Shown here piece by piece: positions 56,218 through 64,000 of a DNA stretch of 64,000 nt; position 1 is the first letter of the stretch; each line of letters starts with the position of its first letter. The stretch lies in assembly GCA_000091205.1 (NCBI GenBank), contig AP006491.2. One strand, written 5' to 3'. Position numbers and translations under genes: made by a program. The notes under the pieces are model-generated. The model did not search any database. It was not told the origin of the DNA and saw only the letters and a program-made list of their open reading frames with translations. The DNA comes from Cyanidioschyzon merolae. Lineage: Eukaryota.

Positions 56218-57276
56218 CTAGCGGTCAGCGATAGCGTGCCAACGAATCGGTTCGAGGCCAAGTGACTGGAGGTACTCGTTCGCCTTGCGGAAGTGATTGC
56301 ATCCAAACCAGCCTCCTCGAGCGGCAGCCATAGGGCTCGGATGTGCAGCCTGCAGAACCAGATGACGGTTTGCATTCACCCGCGAACACTTCTCCTTCGC
56401 GAAATTGCCCCAGAGCATAAAGACGAGTCCACGCGTGCCGGCGAGCTTCTGCTGATCGAGAACGCGGATGACTTCATCCGTGAACTTTTGCCAACCCCCA
56501 TGCTTAGCATGGCTGCCCGGCTTGTGCGCTTCAACAGTGAGCACAGCGTTGAGTAGGAGCACACCCTGGTCTGCCCAGGCCTCGAGACAGCCGTGGTTTG
56601 GCGGTCGGAAGGGTTCCGGATCACTTTCAGGGAACTCACGTGCGAGTTCACCGTAAATGTTGAGAAGAGACGGTGGCGGCACAACACCCCGAGGTACACT
56701 AAAGCACAGTCCGTGCGCCTGGCCTACGTTATGGTACGGGTCTTGGCCGATGATCACCACTTTCACCTTCTCGAGGGGACACCGCTGAAACGCATGGAAA
56801 ACCAAGTTCTGTGGAGGGAATATCCGTTTGCCCTGGGCAATCTCCTTCTGTAGGAATTCGTTGAGCGACGCCCACGACTTGCTTTGAAAGTGTGCAGCTA
56901 AAGCTTGTCGCCAGCACGACGGCAAACTCGGTTCGAGAGCCGTCGCGGTCGCAGCAAGCGCGTAGCCCGCAGGCCGCGGCACGGGAAGCACCTGTGCCGC
57001 TGCAGCACCTGAGGTCGCTCTCGCTTTCACGAAGCCGTCGAGGGTTCCGCGGGCAACGCTCGCCACAAACCCGGCCTTCATATCACTGGAACTCTTGGAA
57101 ACGGTGACGGCAGGCGGCGAGAGGTCCGTTTCTGCACTGTGTAGCGCGAAGAGCAGGAGGTCGTCGGGGGCCTCCCCAGCCCCGTGTGCGCTCGTCTGTT
57201 CCGAGAGTTCACTGAGTGCCCTTTTTCTTCCACTCGCAGGGGTGAGGCTTCTCTGTTCGTTCTCCACGACGAGCAT
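56218..57276 (-). CDS. UNG: Uracil-DNA glycosylase (UNG family 1) with an N-terminal extension of about 120 aa
   Basis: The water-activating loop VVIIGQDPYH, GLCFSVPRGVVPPPSLLNIYGEL, GVLLLNAVLTVEAHKPGSHAKHGGWQKFTD and HPSPMAAARGGWFGCNHFRKANEYL are present. Confidence 0.9.
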   Translation of the reverse strand: MLVVENEQRSLTPASGRKRALSELSEQTSAHGAGEAPDDLLLFALHSAETDLSPPAVTVSKSSSDMKAGFVASVARGTLDGFVKARATSGAAAAQVLPVPRPAGYALAATATALEPSLPSCWRQALAAHFQSKSWASLNEFLQKEIAQGKRIFPPQNLVFHAFQRCPLEKVKVVIIGQDPYHNVGQAHGLCFSVPRGVVPPPSLLNIYGELAREFPESDPEPFRPPNHGCLEAWADQGVLLLNAVLTVEAHKPGSHAKHGGWQKFTDEVIRVLDQQKLAGTRGLVFMLWGNFAKEKCSRVNANRHLVLQAAHPSPMAAARGGWFGCNHFRKANEYLQSLGLEPIRWHAIADR

Positions 57277-57378
57277 GCACAGGCAGTTTCTTCAGTGGAA
57301 GCGTGCCAACTAGTGTCGATCAGCTCGAGCTGGCGAGAAGCGCGCGCTTATGCTCGTTTACCCGCCACGGTGCGGCTG

Positions 57379-57400
57379 GGAATATGCGCGCGCGCGCGCG
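57379..57400. repeat. (GC)n alternating dinucleotide tract (potential Z-DNA), about 110 bp upstream of the UNG start
   Basis: atgcgcgcgcgcgcgcgcgca. Confidence 0.7.
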
Positions 57401-58791
57401 CGCAGGGGAAGCGCTTTCGAGGTTCGTACTCTCCGCAGCACTTGCATCCACATAAAGTGGAGCGGGTCCACTAACACAAGGATACACGCTAAAGTTTTGG
57501 TTTCTCCGCAGAGTCATGAAAACCAGCGTTTCCTGCATTCTTATTTGCGTACTTTCCTCTCTGTTCTCTTATATCCGGGTTTAAGAAAGCGGTCGTCCTT
57601 GGATTTCCAGCTCCGAGCCTAGCAGTCGAAAGATATTGATCGCAGCTTTAGAGTTACGAGCTCAATGCTTGCTGTTGCTGTCGACGCATCTCATACAGAG
57701 CGAAAAGGTCCGTTCTACGCTTGGCTTGTCATTTTCAGCTTCGCAGTATACATCGTCGGTGCGCGCTTCCGAGTGGTGACCCTTGATGGTGGACATGCGT
57801 TCCCATGTATCGGTCATATCACCCTCTTCGGGCGCTGCCCATTTGGCACGCAAAGAGTTGATGCACCGCTCGGTACATGCAACTGACGTGTATAGAGGGC
57901 TTCGCTCGATACCCGCCGCTGTTTCTGGGCCAAGTGCTGTACTGAACGATCCAGGACATGTTGTGAGCGATCTCCGCAGCGAGAAGTCTACGTGCTAGAC
58001 GAGCAAGTGCACGCTGTACCACTTGATTCAGAAGTTGCGAAGATCGACGTTCGCCATGATGCGACAGGTACCTCTGGAACATTAGGGATGCAGAAAAAGC
58101 CGGAGACTTTCTATGCGTCTATGCTCCGTCTGAGCAAAAGCGGCTGCGGACGCCCCACCTAAAGTGATTACTGCAATGACTAGCGTCTGTATCCAACAGA
58201 CTTATCCAGGCATACGAGAGAGCCGAACGCCTCTGAGAGCCTATCGCATGAGATGTATCAAGCAGCTGTGGAATACTTCTTCGTCGATTGCCTCAAACAG
58301 AATAGGATTTGGTATTCGAACGAGATTGATCATTAGCTCACGTGAGTATTCCAATGTATGGTTAGCATGAACGAATGAGCAAGTCGTCGAGGAACGACGA
58401 CATGGTTTGTCCCTCGTCCATCAAATGCGCACAATGACACGCCATTGAGCGGCCTCGAAACAGAAAGATCGAAAACTTGAAGAATTCGTGATTTGAGCAT
58501 GCAACACGAACGTAAAACAAAGGAATAGATGCTTTCACATATGATTTGGATAATGATATCGGTTACTTTACGAGGGCTTGTTCGAGGGCATCGCGAATTA
58601 TCGTGATTTCAGTGACGTTGCGATTTCCAGCTGTAAAGTATCGAAAGCGTCACTCCGAATAAACAATCGAGAATCGTTAAACTAGCTATGATTCCGTAAC
58701 CACTTTTGCTCCACACTGAGTTTAAAGACTGTACATCCAACCAAAAAATTCGCAACAGAAATCGAAAGCCACCTGCAGCGCGGGCACCTCA

Positions 58792-60471
58792 GTGTTCTAC
58801 GTTCGTCGGACACTGGCGTATACACCGGCTCCCGCCGTTGTTCCCATGGTCGTTGGCAGCGTTGTTGCCCTAGCGCTGGTTGGGCTGCTGTGGCTAGCGC
58901 TTTGTCGTCAGCTGGTAGAGTCGGAACCGAGGCAGGTGGCCGCCTCCGACAGTTCCCGGGCATCGTTCGGCTTCCTACACCCGTCCTGTGCCGGTGGCGG
59001 CGGCGGGGAACGCGTCCTCTGGTGCGCAGTTCGAGCACTGTGCAGCGAAACCCGTCGACTAGCGAGCGACAGACCACAGAACGGCTCGACACCGCATAGC
59101 ACGATCGTCGCTCCCCGCGTTTGGCTTTATACTGCTCGCTATCGTTCCAGTGTCGCCGAGATTCGTGCTTTTCTGGACGTGCGGCTCGCCGAGCAGTTCG
59201 GTGCAGAGGCTTTCACGAATGCTGTCCAGCAAGTGAGACTGGTGCCTCTGTACACTGCTGTATTGCTGGAGCCTCGTTGGTATCCTTATTTTACCATGCT
59301 CTTTCAGTTGCTTGCCGGGATGCCGGTTGCTGTGGAGATCATGCTGCGGCACGCGTCTTTCCTGGTCACGCACCTGTTGAGCAAGTGCGTCAGCTGGTTT
59401 CGGAAACGCTACCGAACGCCCTTAGAGGATTACAGGCTGCCGTCGATCTTCCTAGATACAGTGGGCGTCCCGCTTGCTCTGCTGTGTCTCAAGTGGTGGA
59501 CTTGTGGGCGTATCCGCACCGGCGCCTATGTTCATTATCCATTCGTGTCGAACGAGATGATGTCTCATGAGCCGAGGAGCACCGGCTCCGGCTCGCGCAA
59601 GCTACGCTCTGTATGTCGTCGCGGGTACTATCGCGCTGTTGTGCTACCGCTTTATGCGGCGTGCGGGGCGGCCACGGATCTCGTGATGGCGAACTCATCG
59701 TGGACACTGCAGCGAATGGAGCAGTTATGGTGCGGGAGCGGTGCTAGTAGTTCGCGTGCGTCCTGTACAGGGCATCATCGTCGAAATATCTTCCTCGTGT
59801 ACCCGCCGTGCGGTGCAAGGCGGACGCACTCGTCATTTCCTGCGCTAGAGAGGGACGCAGTGCGCCAGCGCGTCGTCTCCATTGCTCAGTTTCGCCCCGA
59901 AAAGCGCCATGAGACTCAGCTGGATTGCTTTGTGGAGTTATTGCAGCGGTATCCCCGGGAGACCTCACAAGCGCGTTTGCTCATGATTGGTGGTGCTCGC
60001 AACCATGCCGATCGAATGCGGGCCGAGCGTTTGCTCCAGCGAGCTGTAGCGCTCACAGGATCCGCCTCTAGCGGCGGCCGTATCGAGGTTCACGTGAATG
60101 CAAGTCGCATCGAGATCGAAGAGGTACTAGCTGGAGAATTTGGATGCTTTTTACATACCATGGAGGAGGAGCATTTTGGAATCAGCATTGTGGAGGCGAT
60201 GTCGCATGGGCTACTCGTGATTGCTCACGGATCCGGCGGTGCAGCACTGGATATTCTGCGTCCCGTTTCGCCCGACTCGCCTCTGGGGCTTGTGTATCGC
60301 ACTCGACATGAGCTCACTGAATGCCTGGCAGACGCTCTATTTCGGTTGCCGGTGGCGACGCTTCAATCAATGCAGAGGCGGGCCTACGCACGAGCTCAGC
60401 GCGAATTCTCAGATGAGGCATTCTCTGAGCGATTTCTTACGGCGGTCGCTTCCCTTTGTACGAAGGGGTGA
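58792..60471 (+). CDS. ALG11: GDP-Man:Man3GlcNAc2-PP-dolichol alpha-1,2-mannosyltransferase (ALG11, GT4 family)
   Basis: An N-terminal transmembrane segment (VVGSVVALALVGLLWLAL) is followed by GGGGERVLWCAVRAL (ALG11 N-terminal signature), the GT4 C-terminal EEHFGISIVEAMSHGLLVIAHGSGG and the ER-lumenal/cytosolic layout typical of ALG11. A (GCT)n microsatellite follows the stop codon at 60473-60512. Confidence 0.8.
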   Translation: MFYVRRTLAYTPAPAVVPMVVGSVVALALVGLLWLALCRQLVESEPRQVAASDSSRASFGFLHPSCAGGGGGERVLWCAVRALCSETRRLASDRPQNGSTPHSTIVAPRVWLYTARYRSSVAEIRAFLDVRLAEQFGAEAFTNAVQQVRLVPLYTAVLLEPRWYPYFTMLFQLLAGMPVAVEIMLRHASFLVTHLLSKCVSWFRKRYRTPLEDYRLPSIFLDTVGVPLALLCLKWWTCGRIRTGAYVHYPFVSNEMMSHEPRSTGSGSRKLRSVCRRGYYRAVVLPLYAACGAATDLVMANSSWTLQRMEQLWCGSGASSSRASCTGHHRRNIFLVYPPCGARRTHSSFPALERDAVRQRVVSIAQFRPEKRHETQLDCFVELLQRYPRETSQARLLMIGGARNHADRMRAERLLQRAVALTGSASSGGRIEVHVNASRIEIEEVLAGEFGCFLHTMEEEHFGISIVEAMSHGLLVIAHGSGGAALDILRPVSPDSPLGLVYRTRHELTECLADALFRLPVATLQSMQRRAYARAQREFSDEAFSERFLTAVASLCTKG

Positions 60472-60474
60472 TCC

Positions 60475-60510
<36 letters not shown>

Positions 60511-60824
60511 CAACAACAACAGCCCTTGCACCACCATGAATGCATGATCAAAAGATGTCATGGTACGTTTTGTCGGATAAACAACAGTTTTCTTGCCGAG
60601 CAAGGCGACAACATCCACCAACACGAGCGACTGGGTTTGAGTGCGGCGCATGCCGCTGTGCTCGCTCGGAAACCTGGACGCTGACCCTTCACGGGCTAGA
60701 TCACGATCTTTGTACGCACCAGGACGCGAGTCTTCAGGACGACGGCACGGTGCACGTTCCGTTGTCGCGCGTGGGCGCCACCACAGTCGCAAGCACAGGC
60801 CTGCTACCCCGTGGCGTTTCGATC

Positions 60825-61274
60825 TCATACCGGGAGTTTCGGTTCGAAACCGATGCCACCGTTCGTTTCCAGGTATCCAGAGGCTGCCGATAGGCGGCGC
60901 AGTATCCGCCGAACAATGCTGGTGTCGACAAGCTGACCCAGAACCGGAACCTGTCGAAGAAACGTCATCGCGATCGGAATGAAGCTCAGGAATAGCCAGA
61001 GCGCACCGACCGCTTGGACCAGAGTCCCCAGCACTGGCCAGCGCAACAGCACCAGGCCAAAGCCGCCGAAGAAGAGCGCACTCGCGCGAAGTTTTCTTCT
61101 TGAGAAGAAGAAACGGGCGGCTCTCTTGAAGCCCAGGATGAAAAAGAGCGACGAGGTGAAAAGAACACTTGCTATGGAGATCAGCCCCGTATCAAAAAAG
61201 AGTACAACACCGAGCCCATAAAATAAAACGGAAATTGCGCTCAAAGTAACCCCAATCTTTTGGTAGTCGTTCAT
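60825..61274 (-). CDS. GOT1: Golgi transport protein GOT1 family (four-TM vesicle transport protein)
   Basis: From MNDYQKIGVTLSAISVLFYGLGVVLFFDTGLISIASVLFTSSLFFILGF... there are four hydrophobic helices in about 149 aa, which is Got1/Sft2-like. The ORF extension upstream to 61481 is probably not coding. Confidence 0.55.
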   Translation of the reverse strand: MNDYQKIGVTLSAISVLFYGLGVVLFFDTGLISIASVLFTSSLFFILGFKRAARFFFSRRKLRASALFFGGFGLVLLRWPVLGTLVQAVGALWLFLSFIPIAMTFLRQVPVLGQLVDTSIVRRILRRLSAASGYLETNGGIGFEPKLPV

Positions 61275-63339
61275 GAGGCGCTCTCCTCGAAGCAACCTCA
61301 CAAGCGCAAAGGCAAACGTGTCGATGTATAATAGAGTGTCCGCGTTCGACCGGGCGTCCTCGGTCGCTGACGCGCATAGACCGCGAGGCTGCCGACCTCG
61401 ACAGGTCCGGTGCCTACAAGACGAACGAACAGGTGCAGTGCTCAGCAGACGTTGGCAACCTTGTTGCAAGATCTTCGGCAAATATCACGGAGAGGTGCGT
61501 CTGGAGCCGGTTTCTGACAGGGAGTCTACGCGGCGTACAGCGAGGGGTCCAGTTGCTGGGCTACTGGAAGTTTACAATCGACGGAGGAAGGAGGTTTTAG
61601 GCTAGAGGGACGGGAGCCTCGGGCAGAGTTTGGGCGGGCATGCGGCGGCCAGACGTTCCCGCTCCAGCGAGTGCGGAGCCGAGGCAGGGTGCACAAGGCT
61701 GCTGCTGAGACTCGTGTCTGCTCGAGTCCCGGAGAAGGGCTGGCGCTTGGACGCAGAACCCTAGACCCTTGTACGTGCTAGATTATTGTGACTTTTGGGC
61801 GGACTTGAAAGCACCGGCAGCGTAACCTGCAGATGCGCAGTCTCTGTTTCAATAACGGTCGTACCCGACTGCTCGGGTTTGCGGAGAGCGCGAAGTCTCT
61901 TTCCGTTGTGAAGCGGTGGCCTGTGGCAGCATTGTGCAGGCGTGCTCTCTCCGAATGACCACTGCAGCGGCAGTGGCGGCGCAACCGAGTCCAACCGAAG
62001 CTTCTACGGCAGACTCGATATCCGCAGGGTAGATAGCTGGGTCGTGCCCCATGCTGAGGGACCACTGTTCTGAGGCTTTTAGAACGCGGAAGCTGCATCG
62101 GAAAGAATGACGATCCGTTCCCTGTTCACTGGCAAGGATTGCGCATCTCAGAGGCTCTGTTTAGACTCATCGATGGTACGAAATTGAATGACGTTGGCCT
62201 CTGTCTGTTCACGAATCCTCCATCATCAAGTATTTGATACTGTGAGCTGGTACATGCTTCTGAGATCGTTCGTTCATCGAATGCCGCACGGGGGTGCATC
62301 GAGTGTCGATGCGTCGACATTATGAACGTTATTATATATCTTTCTGATTCACGCTCGTGACCTTGTGTGCCAGTCAGGGCGTGCTTGCCGCTTTTGCGAA
62401 TATTCGAAAGCGAGACGCACGCAACAACGCGCGAAGGTTGATGTTGCATTGAAAGTGCGACTCCTGCCGCGACAGCATGCCCACTGAATGGCATGGGTTC
62501 CATCGTTGCCCCATAAGCGACCAGCCACGAGGCATTTGCGCACAGGTTCAATCACGGTGGGCGAGGCGCAACCGGAGGACGCGCCCAGTGCTCCTCGCTG
62601 TAGCGTATAGCCGCAACGTAGCGCTCTCTGCTACTTTCCAGGTTTTCTGATGCGCCATGCCAATCGCGACGCTTCTGGACCAGAGATGCCGGATGAAGTG
62701 TTATCGAACCCATCTCTGAGCGATAATCCATCTGCGGCGGTTAGATGAGGCGTCTGTGCTTCCACGATCCAAAATACTACCGACGCCGAAGCTCTTCCAC
62801 GGATAGCATCCTTTCGGCACTGGTGATATTTTGCGGGAGATACATCGCGACGCGCTCTGGTTATCCCGCGTGGCTCATGCCGTTCCTCGGCTGGGTCTTT
62901 GCTGAGCCATTTTCACTGGGATTCTGTGACCAGCAGGTGCGCTCGCCCGCCAAGCAACCATCGATCGCTTCCATCGCTGAAAAACTTAAAGAAAGAAACG
63001 AACTTGCAAGTTTACCTCAACGAGAACGATGCTTCGCGCAGACCACAAGCGCCATGCCCCCAGCGTGCACCATCGATCGCAAGACCCGATCAGAGGCCCG
63101 GCACTTGAGCTGACGCAGTCAGCAGGGCAGGGTCACCGATGTTGCGTAGGCGTCCTTCCGATGCATCACGAGAATGTACTCCCACGTCGATACGTTCTCG
63201 TGGAAGCGTCCTCAGTGCGGATGCGGATGCGGATCCGGATGGTGTCCGAAGAACCATTCGACGGTTATCAGCGAAACCTAGCGGGTCCCTCAGTACGATT
63301 GTGCTTGTGTTGTATACAACTCCCCCAAGCGATGCACGA

Positions 63340-63951
63340 TCACTCTGTTTCCTCCGTGCCGTGCTCGTTGCTGACCGGCTCGGCGTCTCGCACGCGAATG
63401 CGCTTAGCTCGATCGTTAATCTCGCAGATTTGCGCGGTGAACTTGTCTCCTGGTTTGATCGATTGCAGGGTGCGCTGCTTGTTCTGCCCCCAAAGATCGG
63501 AAACATGCACAAAGGCATCCACTTCTGAGCCGATGTCTACGAAAGCGCCAAAGTTCGTGACTCTGCGCACAGTGCCCTCGACGGTTTCGTCGAGCTGATA
63601 AGAACCCACACGGCGCCGGTTCTCAGAGTCGGCGTAAACGAGAATGCGACGTCCATCAGCTGTCTCAGTGGGGGTATACAGATTTCGTGCGCTGGAGGTG
63701 TTCCTGCCCTGCGAGCGCTGCTGCCCCGGTGGAAGGAACGAAAGGGAAAGTCTCCGCTTTTCCAGATCTATGAACTTCACGTAGACGGTAACCTCATCGC
63801 CGCGAGTCACAAAGCTCTCGGGATTCTCAACGTACTCCCGCGAGAAATCACGAATATGAACAAGGCCATCGAAGGGTATGAACTTTTTGCGCTCGCCCCA
63901 GGTGTTTGGTAATGCACCGGCCGTGTCAGCGGATGCCGCCTCCTGCTCCAT
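63340..63951 (-). CDS. RNA-binding protein with two S1 domains
   Basis: The two domains read FIPFDGLVHIRDFSREYVENPESFVTRGDEVTVYVKFIDLEKRRLSLS and VEGTVRRVTNFGAFVDIGSEVDAFVHVSDLWGQ...IKPGDKFTAQICEINDRAKRIRV. The exact family (plastid S1-like, or exosome/PNPase-associated) is undetermined. Confidence 0.55.
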   Translation of the reverse strand: MEQEAASADTAGALPNTWGERKKFIPFDGLVHIRDFSREYVENPESFVTRGDEVTVYVKFIDLEKRRLSLSFLPPGQQRSQGRNTSSARNLYTPTETADGRRILVYADSENRRRVGSYQLDETVEGTVRRVTNFGAFVDIGSEVDAFVHVSDLWGQNKQRTLQSIKPGDKFTAQICEINDRAKRIRVRDAEPVSNEHGTEETE

Positions 63952-64000
63952 CGCATTCAGTTCAGATGCACCCTGTGCACTCGTTTCCGCAAGGCCATCG

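Noticed and set aside
1-64000. A prokaryotic or operon-style reading of the window, looking for defence islands or cas/restriction clusters
   Set aside because: Gene content is unambiguously eukaryotic nuclear (RACK1, SF1/BBP, ALG11, GOT1, RPA2, MCMBP, nuclear psbO and petC with transit peptides). The only nuclease-like system present is the transposon-borne TnpB/Fanzor-type family.

Overview
This window looks like nuclear DNA from a photosynthetic eukaryote with a primary plastid, at roughly 55-60% GC and with compact, apparently intronless genes. I can support 17 or more protein-coding genes from their translations. Two are nuclear-encoded plastid proteins, PsbO and the cytochrome b6f Rieske protein PetC; both have N-terminal presequences that lack a signal-peptide-like hydrophobic start and carry a Phe within the first four residues. 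That transit-peptide pattern, together with several eukaryote-only genes (RACK1, SF1/BBP, ALG11, GOT1, RPA2, MCM-binding protein) and cytosolic glucan and trehalose enzymes, fits an intron-poor red alga best. I infer that from gene content and transit-peptide features; I did not confirm it by search. The recognisable genes are RACK1, a DnaJ-type zinc-finger protein, an N-acetylglucosamine-kinase-like protein with a long N-terminal extension, an MCM-binding-protein-like gene, PsbO, RPA2-like, SF1/BBP, a CBM20-TPS-TPP trehalose-phosphate synthase/phosphatase fusion, a GH13 isoamylase-type debranching enzyme, PheRS alpha, thioredoxin reductase, serine O-acetyltransferase, uracil-DNA glycosylase, ALG11, GOT1 and a two-S1-domain RNA-binding protein. 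The most interesting content is a family of decayed transposon copies whose ORF has the hallmarks of the TnpB/Fanzor RuvC-like nuclease. There are at least four copies or fragments, including one internally deleted derivative. There is also a second, non-coding dispersed repeat family (four copies) that carries 5S-rRNA-like segments. Smaller observations are a minisatellite, promoter-proximal tandem duplications, a palindromic motif shared upstream of two genes, and several compositionally distinct AT-richer islands. All boundaries of repeats and mobile elements are approximate, because they come from alignment by eye.
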